DNA of 64,000 bases from a bacterium (GCA_037140955.1 JBAXDL010000001.1:15129-79128), one strand, 5' to 3'. Shown: positions 19,414 to 29,194, numbered from the stretch's first letter. The notes: a model not told the origin generated them from the sequence alone. Numbers and translations are program-made.

Positions 19414-19577
19414 GTTTTTAATTTCCAATTTTGAATTTCCAATTTTGAATTTTGAATTTTGAATTTTGAATGAATTTTTAATGTTTAAATTTTGAAACAT
19501 TAAGTCATTCAATCTTGATTCTAAATTCGAAATTATGATTTCAAAATTATAGAACTCTCTATACTTAATTATTTAAA

Positions 19578-20561
19578 TTATTTCTTCTTGATAATATTTT
19601 TAACTCTACTAACCCTAATAAGCCCAGAACATGGCACAATCTCAATTCCCTTTTTCTCAAGCTCATCCAAAAATAAATTCATACCAATAGAATCAGAAGA
19701 AATATGCCCAGCAATTACGACATTAATATGTGCAGCCTCTGCTTCCTTGCGATGCTCCTCACTTTGGTGCATTGAGATAATCGTTCCAATTCCTGCTTGT
19801 GACATTTTTTCATACATCTTTGAACTTCCAGATGTTCCACCAGTTATTTCAGAAAAAGCAATTTTTCCCACTGAGTTTTCCTCGCTTCCAGTGAAAAGAC
19901 GTGGACCAGCTCCTCGCAATTGAGCCTCCCTATATTCAGGAATTTCCATTAGTGACTTTAGAATTTCGCCAACTGTTTCAGGATTATCTTTTTTTATTTT
20001 AGCTTCCACAAATCTTGCCACCAAATTATCAGCCGGGGTATGCACATTCATAAAATTCATACCAAGTAAACGTGCAGAATCAACTTCCTTGAAGTGATTT
20101 GAAGCGCTCACGCCACGACTAACCTCGCCAATACGAATCTTCATCAAACCCTCTGCAATATTAATAGGCACGCCATATTGACTAAGCAAATCAGCTTGAA
20201 TATGCATCACGTCTGAAAGATCAGCCAAAGCCTTGCCTTCTGGATGATGACCGATTACCAAATCAACCTGACCATCACTGCTGTGATTTGAAAGATAACG
20301 AGCAATCATAAGCTCACCACTATCAATATCAATACCAGCCATAATTTTTTTAATCTCTTTTGCTCCACCATCAAAATGGATTCTCGAATCAAGATATGGA
20401 TTTGCAAAACGCTCTTTGTCAAAAAGTTCCTTTTTTTCCGTAGAAAGTTCCTCGTATTTGTCTTTTTCTCGCTTTAGTATTTTTTGAATTTTTTCCTTGG
20501 GGCGAAAATCAGCAGCAATTCCCATCTCAATAGCTAAATTATAAATTTCTTGGATATTCAT
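19578..20561 (-). CDS. Nif3-like dinuclear metal center protein (YqfO-type)
   Basis: VIGHHPEG and AGHISSDSIG metal-binding motifs. Start placed at ATG 20561 (MNIQEIYNLA), which removes the overlap with the upstream U32 gene; track ORF starts at 20675. Confidence 0.7.
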   Translation of the reverse strand: MNIQEIYNLAIEMGIAADFRPKEKIQKILKREKDKYEELSTEKKELFDKERFANPYLDSRIHFDGGAKEIKKIMAGIDIDSGELMIARYLSNHSSDGQVDLVIGHHPEGKALADLSDVMHIQADLLSQYGVPINIAEGLMKIRIGEVSRGVSASNHFKEVDSARLLGMNFMNVHTPADNLVARFVEAKIKKDNPETVGEILKSLMEIPEYREAQLRGAGPRLFTGSEENSVGKIAFSEITGGTSGSSKMYEKMSQAGIGTIISMHQSEEHRKEAEAAHINVVIAGHISSDSIGMNLFLDELEKKGIEIVPCSGLIRVSRVKNIIKKK

Positions 20562-20580
20562 ATTTTTTAATTTAATATTA

Positions 20581-21894
20581 TTAAGCAATTTTTCTGAGCA
20601 ATGAAAATGGTTTAATATTTTTTTTATTAATTTGTAAATAATAAAAATTATCATGCCCACCATGAGCAGAAACAACTTCCCCTCTATCTTTATTCAAAAT
20701 CTTTTTTATGATAATTGTAGTATTTTTTTCGCTATCAACAAGCTCAATTTTGTCTCCAGATTTGATAACATTATGAATCTTGGCGATCAACTCATTGCCA
20801 TTAACTTCAATAATTTCACCCACAAATTGAAATTCGGTATTATTTTGTTGCCCTGAAAAACTGTGCTGAGGTTCATTTCCATGCAAAAATCCTTCCGTAT
20901 AGCCACGATTAGCATTTTTTGCAAGCTCCTTAGCTGACCATTTTTCAATTTTTTTAATAGCAGCATCATCAACATTGCTTTCAATAGCATCCAAAACTTT
21001 TCGATAAGCCCTACAAACATTGGCAACATAAGAAACACTCTTGTTGCGTCCCTCCACCTTAAATGAAGTCACGCCAGCATTTCGCAATTCTTGCAAATAT
21101 AACAACAGGTTCAGATCCTTGGAATTGAAAAAATATGTTCCATGCGAATCCTCCTCCAACAAAATCGGCCTTCCACTTTGCACTTCAGCAACTTCCATTG
21201 TCTTATATTCACTAACATCTTGAATTTGCATTTCTGGGTTCATTTTGGATTGTGGATTTTGGATTTTGGATTTTTCCCGATATCCCCATCGGCATGGCTG
21301 AGTGCAATCACCCAAATTAGCGCTCTTTCCACTCATCCACTTGCTCAAAATACAACGCCCAGAATAACTCATACACATTGCACCATGCACAAAATATTCC
21401 AACTCAAGTTTTGGCACATGTTTTTTTATGCAGACAATGTCTTCAAGAGTTGTTTCTCTGGCAAGCACAATCCTAGTTATTCCGAGGTCATACCAAAATT
21501 TTGCAGCTTGCCAATTTGTAGTATTGGCTTGCGTACTAAGATGGATGTCAACCTTTGGCAAATGCTTTTTAATAAGCATGATAATGCCAGGATCAGCCAC
21601 GATAACACCATCAATATCAATTTTCTTTAAAAATTTTAAATGTTTTTCTATTTTTGTAAGATGATAATTATGCGCATAAATGTTTATTGTAACAAAAATC
21701 TTTTTCTTTTTTGCATGCACATATTTAACCGCCTCAGCCAAGTCATCTTCACTAAAGTTATTAACCCTTGCTCGCATTGAAACATCTGGACAGCCAGCAT
21801 AAACAGCATCAGCGCCATATTCAAGAGCATATTTGAGCTTTTGAATACTTCCAGCTGGTGCAAGTAATTCTATTTTTCCAGGTTTTTTAATCAT
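20581..21894 (-). CDS. peptidase U32 family protein (collagenase-like; RlhA/TrhP-type)
   Basis: N-terminal KPELLAPAGS, central Cys-rich segment; contains an in-frame copy of the GGATTTTGG tandem repeat (21240-21275). Confidence 0.8.
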   Translation of the reverse strand: MIKKPGKIELLAPAGSIQKLKYALEYGADAVYAGCPDVSMRARVNNFSEDDLAEAVKYVHAKKKKIFVTINIYAHNYHLTKIEKHLKFLKKIDIDGVIVADPGIIMLIKKHLPKVDIHLSTQANTTNWQAAKFWYDLGITRIVLARETTLEDIVCIKKHVPKLELEYFVHGAMCMSYSGRCILSKWMSGKSANLGDCTQPCRWGYREKSKIQNPQSKMNPEMQIQDVSEYKTMEVAEVQSGRPILLEEDSHGTYFFNSKDLNLLLYLQELRNAGVTSFKVEGRNKSVSYVANVCRAYRKVLDAIESNVDDAAIKKIEKWSAKELAKNANRGYTEGFLHGNEPQHSFSGQQNNTEFQFVGEIIEVNGNELIAKIHNVIKSGDKIELVDSEKNTTIIIKKILNKDRGEVVSAHGGHDNFYYLQINKKNIKPFSLLRKIA

Positions 21895-21945
21895 ATAATC
21901 TTGTATTTATGCATACTAAACTGTACATCCTTCTTGCAATTTGGT

Positions 21946-21982
21946 CAATTAAAACAAAAGGGACTGCCTCGGTGCAGTCCTT
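21946..21982 (-). terminator. rho-independent terminator after response-regulator gene
   Basis: GGACTGC-ctcggt-GCAGTCC stem; T-run on minus strand. Confidence 0.5.
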
Positions 21983-22008
21983 GAAAAAAAATTCGAAAAA
22001 ATATTATT

Positions 22009-22425
22009 TTATTTTTCAATTGGAGAAGCACTAGTATTATCACTTTCAAGCAGCTCCTTAACTTTAACCACAAGTTCTGAAGGAGTGTGTTGAGATTTTA
22101 CAAAATATTCCCTCGCGCCATTTTCAAAGGCCTCCTTTCTATCCTCATCATTATCCAAATTTGTCGAAACAAGCACAGTTATCTTGCGAAATCTTTCGTC
22201 GCTCTTGATCATTTTTAACGCCTCAAAACCATCCATTTCTGGCATCACAATGTCGAGCAAAATGATATCAATATTTTCAAATTCTTTCTCTAACACATTT
22301 AATGCCTCTTTTCCGTTTGAAGCAGGAAGCACCATAAAGCCACTACTAGTCAGTGCCCTAGTATACATTTCAAGCAAATCCTCTTCATCCTCAGCTATTA
22401 ATATTCTTCGTATTTCTTCAGTCAT
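22009..22425 (-). CDS. single-domain response regulator (CheY-like receiver)
   Basis: ILIAEDEEDL...LLDIVMPEMDG...LVSTNLD receiver motifs with phospho-acceptor Asp. Confidence 0.8.
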   Translation of the reverse strand: MTEEIRRILIAEDEEDLLEMYTRALTSSGFMVLPASNGKEALNVLEKEFENIDIILLDIVMPEMDGFEALKMIKSDERFRKITVLVSTNLDNDEDRKEAFENGAREYFVKSQHTPSELVVKVKELLESDNTSASPIEK

Positions 22426-22595
22426 AAATATTTTATATTTCTAATTACTTAACCATATTAGCATAAAAAATAAAATCTTGAAAACACAACTTGAGGTTAA
22501 TTTGCTTTAACTGTATTTATTGCTAAACTATGTTTATTGGTTAATAGTTAAAAATTAGCCTAAAATCACAATTTAAGAAGATAATAGACTTGTTC

Positions 22596-23042
22596 ATGCC
22601 AACATTAGCCTTCAACAAAAGAGCGCATTTTGACTACGAACTTCATGAAAAATATGAGGCTGGTTTGGTTTTGAGTGGAGCTGAAGTAAAATCCATAAAA
22701 ACATTTCATATAAGCCTCAAAGGAAGCTTTGTGACCATGCATGAAAGCCAACTATACCTAACCAATGCCACGATTGCACATTATCCCTTTGCGGGCTTTA
22801 AAATTGCCTATGATCCAACACGGTCTCGAAAACTACTCCTGCGCAAAGAGCAAATCAAGTCATTAATTGGTAAATTACACGTAAAAGGCTTGACATTAGT
22901 GCCTCTTCGTGTGTATACTAAGAGACGACTCATTAAGTTAGAATTCGCTGTAGCAAAAGGAAAAAAGGCCCACGATAAGCGCTCAGACATAGCGAAAAAT
23001 GAGTCAAAGAGAAACATAGAGCGAGCCCTCAAAAATGCTTAA
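22596..23042 (+). CDS. smpB: SsrA-binding protein SmpB
   Basis: AFNKRAHFDYELHEKYEAGLVLSGAEVKS; start placed at ATG 22596 (track ORF begins at TTG 22590). Confidence 0.9.
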   Translation: MPTLAFNKRAHFDYELHEKYEAGLVLSGAEVKSIKTFHISLKGSFVTMHESQLYLTNATIAHYPFAGFKIAYDPTRSRKLLLRKEQIKSLIGKLHVKGLTLVPLRVYTKRRLIKLEFAVAKGKKAHDKRSDIAKNESKRNIERALKNA

Positions 23043-23208
23043 TGCATTTTTGTAATTTTCAATTTTCAATTCACGATTTTCAAACAATTTTCAATTTTTG
23101 AATGATTTAATGTTTAAAACATTTGGAAATTTATTCATTAGAATTTGTTTAGAAATTAGAAATTAGAAATTGGAAATTAGAAATTTTTGAAAACTAGTTT
23201 TCAAGATT

Positions 23209-23611
23209 GGGGCTGTTTAGCTTCGACAGGTTGTACTTTTCAAAATATGCAAGTCGATTACCGCTGCTGTATCGTTAAAAGTGTGGCGAAGATATAAGTG
23301 CAAACTTCATATCAAAGGCGAAAACTACTTTTGCGCAAGCATTTGCTAGTTTCTCACCTGCTTTAGCTTAGGCTCGAAGCCATCGAACTGCTGATTTCTC
23401 GTAAGCAGAGCTCGGTGTCAATCATGAGAATAGTATCATATGGTTTTTTGGACATATAATGCGAAATAACTCTAAAAACGGCATTTGAAGGTTTTGTTTA
23501 TTTCCTACTTCATCCTGTCGTATCTCAATTTATTGAGAATGAAATAAACTAAACTTGTAGAGGATTTTGGAGAAAACGATTTGGACATGGGTGCAATTCC
23601 CATCAGCTCCA
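23209..23611 (+). ncRNA. ssrA: transfer-messenger RNA (tmRNA, standard one-piece)
   Basis: 5' GGGGCUGUUUAGCUUCGACAGG tRNA-like start; 3' T-arm ATGGG-TGCAATT-CCCAT then acceptor CAGCUCC pairing with GGGGCUG including G3-U70, discriminator A. No ORF across the region; immediately downstream of smpB. Candidate tag frame GCA AAC TTC ...GCT TTA GCT TAG (AN...SFSPALA*). Confidence 0.85.
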
Positions 23612-23859
23612 CATACTAAATAATTTTAAAGGCTAAATTTGAAATTTTAAATGAATTTTAAATGAATTAATGCATTAAAACATTTTTCATTGAGATTTTA
23701 TTTGAAATTTTAAATTTAAAATTTCAAATTATTAAACAGTATTTGTTTAATAAAATATAAAAAGATCACCAGGCATTTTAAGAAATGCTAGAATGATTTT
23801 ATAAAAATATTAGAAAGAGATTTAGATTCAAGCCAAAGCAGCAAACTGGACCAGCTCAA

Positions 23860-24363
23860 TTGCGCATCAATGAGGCAATCAGAGTTCCCAATGTTTTTGT
23901 TATTGACGATGAAGGAAAACAATTAGGAGAAATGACAACTTTTGATGCAATGGCACTTGCCAAGGAAAGAATGCTTGATTTGGTTGAAGTTTCACCAAAG
24001 GCAGCTCCTCCAGTTTGTCGCATCATGGATTATGGCAAACACCTCTATCAACAATCCAAACAATTGCGCATAGCAAAAGCCAAACAAAAGAAAATTGAAA
24101 TAAAGGGGGTGAGGCTTGGTTTGCGAACCGACACACATGACATTGAATTCAAAAGAGCGCAATCAGAAAAATTCCTGAAACAAGGAGATAAGGTGAAAAT
24201 AGACATAGTTTTGCGAGGAAGAGAAAAGGCGCACCAAGACTTGGCCAGAAAAAATCTTCAAGATTTTATTACCGGCATAACAACGCCATACAAAATAGAA
24301 GACCCCATAAAACGTTTCCCTGGTGGCTTTAATGTTATCATCGCACCCAAAGCAATAGAATAA
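23860..24363 (+). CDS. infC: translation initiation factor IF-3
   Basis: RINEAIRVPNVFVIDDEGKQLGEM...PPVCRIMDYGK; TTG start at 23860, with a possible upstream in-frame ATT start at 23809 as in other infC genes. Confidence 0.9.
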   Translation: MRINEAIRVPNVFVIDDEGKQLGEMTTFDAMALAKERMLDLVEVSPKAAPPVCRIMDYGKHLYQQSKQLRIAKAKQKKIEIKGVRLGLRTDTHDIEFKRAQSEKFLKQGDKVKIDIVLRGREKAHQDLARKNLQDFITGITTPYKIEDPIKRFPGGFNVIIAPKAIE

Positions 24364-24485
24364 AATAATTTTAAATTTTAAATTTTAAATTTTGAATCAA
24401 TTTCCAATTCGCCAATGATTAAATTTTGAAACATTCATAATTCAATCAAAATTCGAAATTCTAAATTCGAAATTAGACAAACAAT

Positions 24486-24692
24486 ATGCCGAAGATGAAA
24501 ACCAAGAAGTCAGTTGTAAAGAAAGTAAAGATAACAAAGAATGGAAAAGTTATCCGAAGAGCAACAGGACAAAACCATTACAATTCAAAAGAAACTGGTG
24601 CTGAAGGTCGCGCAAAGAAAAAGGACAAACGCATGTTCAGAGCTGATGAAAAGAATATTGTTGCAGCATTGCCATATTCAATCGGTAAATAA
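24486..24692 (+). CDS. rpmI: 50S ribosomal protein L35
   Basis: MPKMKTKKSVVKKVKITKNGKVIRR canonical L35. Confidence 0.9.
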   Translation: MPKMKTKKSVVKKVKITKNGKVIRRATGQNHYNSKETGAEGRAKKKDKRMFRADEKNIVAALPYSIGK

Positions 24693-24865
24693 TTGAAAAA
24701 GTAGCAGGAAAAAGCAAAATAAATTCAAGCCTACCGGTACTAGCGCAAAAATTTATAAGCCAATTCCCACGCTACTTAGAATTTTATATAATATTAAGAA
24801 TTTAACAGATAATTGGTACGAGTCGCTTACTTGCATGTAATCGTTCGTCACATCAATAGATCAAA

Positions 24866-25210
24866 ATGGCGAGAGTAAAACGCGGCGTTGCTGCATCAAA
24901 AAGAAGAAGGAATGTGCTTGAGATGGCTAAGGGATTTCGTTGGCGTCGAAGCAAGAACTATGTTGCTGCCAAGGAGGCTGTGATCAAGGCTGGTAAATAT
25001 GCCCATCGTGATCGTAGAGTGAAAAAACGAACAAACAGAGCACTTTGGATTTTGCGACTAAACAATGCGGTTCGATTATTCGAATTAACATACAGCAAAT
25101 TCATTGCCATTCTAAAAGCAAAGAACATTGAAACTGATAGAAAGGTTCTTTCTCAAATGGCAGCTGAAAATCCAGCAGTATTTGCAAAATTTATTGAAAA
25201 AATAAAATAA
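24866..25210 (+). CDS. rplT: 50S ribosomal protein L20
   Basis: MARVKRGVAASKRRRNVLEMAKGFRWRRSKNY canonical L20. Confidence 0.9.
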   Translation: MARVKRGVAASKRRRNVLEMAKGFRWRRSKNYVAAKEAVIKAGKYAHRDRRVKKRTNRALWILRLNNAVRLFELTYSKFIAILKAKNIETDRKVLSQMAAENPAVFAKFIEKIK

Positions 25211-25223
25211 TCAAAATGCAATT

Positions 25224-25251
25224 AAAAAATCCACCGCAAGGTGGATTTTTT
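25224..25251 (+). terminator. rho-independent terminator after rplT
   Basis: AAAAAATCCACC-gcaa-GGTGGATTTTTT. Confidence 0.6.
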
Positions 25252-25455
25252 AATGTCTAATTTCTTTTCCTATATTCACCCCAAAGCCTTTTCAATGCAT
25301 GAAAAGGAAGCCAAAGCCAAAGAAAATTTTTGATCGTTTTTTCCAAAAAATCGTTAGGTGTCATACGAAACAAATTTATGATCACAAAGAAAAAAAGTAG
25401 GAGCACAAAACCAAGAATATAATAAATTGTCATAAAGTTTTAATAATTTTGTTAT

Positions 25456-26190
25456 TTATAATTCCTGCATCAAATTCATATTAAGACATTGTGTCATGTC
25501 ATAAACTACATCCTTTTTTTCAACAACAATGCGCCAACCCTTTTGTTGTGCTACAGCTTTGAGATTTTCATTGGGATTAAAGGCAATAGGATTTGCCACA
25601 ATATCAAGAAAGCTTGCATCAGATTCAGTGTCACCCATACCAAATGAATCTTCCAATGTTAAGTTATGTTCATAAACATATTGCTTCACCAAATTGCCTT
25701 TGTTTTTTATTGGTTCATATTGAGACTCTCCAGTATAGACACCTTTTTTATCAAGAGTGTAGACACTCCCAAACACCGCATCAAACTTCAAATGGGTTTT
25801 GTCATATTCGCGAACAATTTCAACAGGAGAACCAGAAACAGCAATTAAATGATAATTCTCTTTTCGTAATTTTGCAATCATTTTTTCAGCAAAAATATAT
25901 GTCCTGTCTTGATGAAATGAAATAACAACCTTGCTAGCCCTTTCCACATCGGCAAGCTTGCAACCACGAATATGCTTTTCATACAACTCAACCAAGCCGA
26001 GCCTATATTGCTCATATGTCCCCTTATGCTCCAACCAATTGGTGTACAGTGTCACTATTTGATTACGAACATTGCGAGGAAAAATATCCATCCACGACAA
26101 TTCATTGATAAGCTCAAATTGTAGATTTTTTCTAAAAATAGTTCCGTCGATATCGAAAATTGCGATTTTTTGTTTTTTCATATTTTTCAT
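25456..26190 (-). CDS. HAD-IB family hydrolase
   Basis: IAIFDIDGTIF DxDGT motif and downstream HAD motifs (SGS, GDTESD). Confidence 0.75.
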   Translation of the reverse strand: MKNMKKQKIAIFDIDGTIFRKNLQFELINELSWMDIFPRNVRNQIVTLYTNWLEHKGTYEQYRLGLVELYEKHIRGCKLADVERASKVVISFHQDRTYIFAEKMIAKLRKENYHLIAVSGSPVEIVREYDKTHLKFDAVFGSVYTLDKKGVYTGESQYEPIKNKGNLVKQYVYEHNLTLEDSFGMGDTESDASFLDIVANPIAFNPNENLKAVAQQKGWRIVVEKKDVVYDMTQCLNMNLMQEL

Positions 26191-26230
26191 AGCACCAATA
26201 TTAATTAAAAATTATATTTAACATTGTTTG

Positions 26231-26959
26231 CTATTGATGAATTATTATTGGAGTTCCAATTTCAGCCCAATCATACACTCTTTTGGCAGCTCCCACTCCA
26301 AGCCTGACACATCCATGCGAAACAGGTGTTCCAAGATGATTTGCGCCCTCCTGATATCCACCAGGCCAAATTGGAAGTTCATGAATACCCATTTGCCCAG
26401 AAGGTAAGAAGGCCATCCAATTTGGCATCCACAAGCCATAGGATTTTGACCAGGCTCTTGGAGATTTGTTTTCAACCTTGAATGTTCCAATTGGTGTGTT
26501 CATACCTTTTTTTCCTGAGGATATCTGATAAGCATCAACCACACTACCATTTTCAAAAATAACCATATTTTGATATTTCAAACTAATATCAATATATTTT
26601 CCACTTAAAATCTGAGGTTTGGCATAATCTTTTGCCTCTTGTAATTTTGTTTTTGGATCTTTATTCCTTTCGACTTTTGCAATTGTCACCACTGGAATCA
26701 ATTCCGGAGCGGCTGACAAAAGTAGTGTGGTCTCTTGAGCAATGCTTTCAGTTTTTATTTCTACAGATTGATCAACTTCTTTTTCTGTTTTAACGGGCAA
26801 TGTCTCAGCAACTTGAGCTGAAACTACATTTTCATGAATTTTTTTAGGAGACACTGCAATGTAATATGCCAAACTTGCTGAAAAAAGTATTACTAAAAAT
26901 ATAAATAATACTGTTTTCCAGCTATGTACATTATTTTTATGCGGTATATAGTCTAGCAT
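26231..26959 (-). CDS. L,D-transpeptidase family protein (YkuD domain), membrane-anchored
   Basis: N-terminal TM anchor; catalytic HGCVRLG motif at C-terminus. Confidence 0.8.
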   Translation of the reverse strand: MLDYIPHKNNVHSWKTVLFIFLVILFSASLAYYIAVSPKKIHENVVSAQVAETLPVKTEKEVDQSVEIKTESIAQETTLLLSAAPELIPVVTIAKVERNKDPKTKLQEAKDYAKPQILSGKYIDISLKYQNMVIFENGSVVDAYQISSGKKGMNTPIGTFKVENKSPRAWSKSYGLWMPNWMAFLPSGQMGIHELPIWPGGYQEGANHLGTPVSHGCVRLGVGAAKRVYDWAEIGTPIIIHQ

Positions 26960-26980
26960 TTTTAATCAAAAGATTTAAAA

Positions 26981-28066
26981 CTACTTATTAAAAGTTTTAG
27001 CAGCTTCCCATAGCGTTGAATTGTTCTGAGTAGCCTTCATCCAATACCACCATTCAACACCCCAAACATAAATTTCTTTCATCCCTGTCTTTTTTGCAAA
27101 TTCAACATTGTCCAACAAAATTGTTGAATTCATTGAGGCAAGTTGTGTTTCAACAGGAGCATCGGTTGTCCATCCGGCCACCCATGGCTCGCCTTGAAGC
27201 TCAATCACAATTGCATTATTTTGCTTGGCAAATAACTTAATAAAAAGTTGCTTAGCTTTGAAGAAATTTGGCCCAATTGGATATCTCCAGTGTCCCATTT
27301 TTGCACTATAAACCTCACGATACATCGTTGTTCCAAAAATATCAGCGCGCTTAGCAACATTGAGCCACAAGCTAAGCTCACCACTGTCCGTAACAACTAT
27401 TGGTCTGGTTGTGTCCAAACTTCTAACTTGAGCTATCTCACTATCTAGCAAATCAGGATTAACCTTTGAGCATATTCCAAAATCCAAGAATGGTTCATTC
27501 TCAACTTGCCAACGATCTATCTCTGGATGATTGTCTTTATATCTGCGAATCACGACATCCTCAAAAGCCAACAATTTCTCCTTTAAAATAATCTGATCAA
27601 GATTGCTCGGATCTTCTCCTACCCATTTTGGAACATAGCATTCTGGCCAACGTGGAACCTTTTGCCCAACAACCAAAATAATTTTAACATTCCTACTTTG
27701 TGCCTGCTCCAGTTGCCAATCAATATCAGAAAAATCATACTGACCCTCGACTTTCTCAACCCTATCCCAATAAACTGGTAAGCGCACATGCTTGAGCTGA
27801 AGATCATCCAACATCGCAAGATAGGCAGCTTTCCAGTCAAGTCCAATTTGCTGTGCATACAAAGAAGAAAATGTCACTCCAATTTGAGCATCATTGTTTT
27901 TCACCTTGGCAGGCAAATTAATATAAACAAAAAACAAAACAATTATCAGCAAAACTGATCCAATAGTAATGGCAAGCGTTTTGAAAAACATCTTCAAAAC
28001 ACTTATAATTTTTTCCTTATTTGTTTTTATTTTCACCTGCTGCTTTGATGTTTTTTCTTTTTTCAT
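26981..28066 (-). CDS. membrane-anchored glycoside hydrolase, clan GH-A-like (GH5-type fold)
   Basis: N-terminal TM anchor; WQVENEP (NEP acid/base motif) and later GEPWVAGW/VWGVEWWYW aromatic-rich segment. Confidence 0.5.
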   Translation of the reverse strand: MKKEKTSKQQVKIKTNKEKIISVLKMFFKTLAITIGSVLLIIVLFFVYINLPAKVKNNDAQIGVTFSSLYAQQIGLDWKAAYLAMLDDLQLKHVRLPVYWDRVEKVEGQYDFSDIDWQLEQAQSRNVKIILVVGQKVPRWPECYVPKWVGEDPSNLDQIILKEKLLAFEDVVIRRYKDNHPEIDRWQVENEPFLDFGICSKVNPDLLDSEIAQVRSLDTTRPIVVTDSGELSLWLNVAKRADIFGTTMYREVYSAKMGHWRYPIGPNFFKAKQLFIKLFAKQNNAIVIELQGEPWVAGWTTDAPVETQLASMNSTILLDNVEFAKKTGMKEIYVWGVEWWYWMKATQNNSTLWEAAKTFNK

Positions 28067-28103
28067 ATTTTATTTTTATATATAATGATATCTCAAATAT
28101 ATT

Positions 28104-29024
28104 CTACCTTGAAACAAAAAACATTCCTATCGCAATAACAACAATTGCGCCAATTTTTTGAACCCAATCCCAAAAAAACAATTTCTCTGCAAAAACCTTT
28201 GGCTGCTTTTTTGCTGCAACATAAACAAGAACTAATACAAAAACATATTGAAGTGAAACCATGGAATTAACAAGTGTCACACTGCCAAGCGAAAAAGCCT
28301 TGTTAAGCAAAATAGAACTTGCACCACCCAAGACTTTGTTTCCAATAAAGATACCACCAGTTCCAACTGTTTTTTTTGAAGGATTTTTTGCACCAGTAAA
28401 ACTTTTAAAAATTGATTTGCGCCAAGTTGGAATCACTAAAAGCAAAAGTGCAAACAAAAAACCACCAATCCTTGTCCACATAAAACCATTTAAAAATGTT
28501 TGTTCCAGATAAACAAATTTAAACATCACATATGAAACTGCCAAAAGCGCGCCAGCAACGCAAGATGAATAAAAACCAACAAAAAACTTTTGCTTTTTGG
28601 CTTTTAATGGCAAGTCAAAAGAAATTAGTAGCCCCCCAAAAACCAAAAGTGCCACACCTCCAATTTGCAATATGTTTAATTTTTCAATTCCCATAGCATA
28701 GGAAATTAAATAGCTAACAATTGGAACAACAGAAAAAACTACCGGCGTGACCCTGCTGGCTTCAGCCTTACTAATTGAGATATTAATAGCAAAAATTCCA
28801 GCAATATAAACCGCTCCAGCAATCAAACTCAACATGATCTGATCTGCAGACGGAACAGCAAAGCCAAAGGGTGCAAACAAAAAAGCACCCAAGCCAAAAA
28901 TACCAACATAAAAGGTATAGACCTGAGGCGAAGAAATTCGCTTGGAGCCAAGCAAAAATTTATCCGTAAGTACAGCAAAGGCCCCAAGCAAATAAGCACT
29001 GATTGCAATAATAATCCAAGACAT
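28104..29024 (-). CDS. DMT superfamily (EamA-like) transporter
   Basis: About 10 TM helices in two repeated halves; first codon TTG at 29027 immediately followed by ATG. Confidence 0.55.
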   Translation of the reverse strand: MSWIIIAISAYLLGAFAVLTDKFLLGSKRISSPQVYTFYVGIFGLGAFLFAPFGFAVPSADQIMLSLIAGAVYIAGIFAINISISKAEASRVTPVVFSVVPIVSYLISYAMGIEKLNILQIGGVALLVFGGLLISFDLPLKAKKQKFFVGFYSSCVAGALLAVSYVMFKFVYLEQTFLNGFMWTRIGGFLFALLLLVIPTWRKSIFKSFTGAKNPSKKTVGTGGIFIGNKVLGGASSILLNKAFSLGSVTLVNSMVSLQYVFVLVLVYVAAKKQPKVFAEKLFFWDWVQKIGAIVVIAIGMFFVSR

Positions 29025-29194
29025 CAACCAGGTTAATTTTAAATTTTAAATTTTCCCCCAAAATATAGTCTCGAGGCAAAAAATTCAAAAATTATTCCCG
29101 CAATGCTTAGCAATTTAAGCATTAAAGAATTTAAATTTTGATTAAAAATTAAAAATTAAAAATTAAAAATTATTATATATCTATATTATACACT

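Noticed and set aside
19385-19500. Possible CRISPR array from regularly spaced AATTTTGAATTT units (also 23140-23180, 24364-24400, 43985-44040)
   Set aside because: Repeat units are only 7-8 nt and directly tandem with no unique spacers of 25-40 nt. No cas genes are present. These are AT-rich microsatellite-like intergenic repeats.
18145-19512. N-terminal 33-aa extension of the M16 peptidase (MNDLMFQNLNIKNSFKIQNSKFKI...)
   Set aside because: The extension is a translation of the intergenic tandem repeat from an upstream alternative start. The conserved M16 N-terminus begins at the internal Met (19413).
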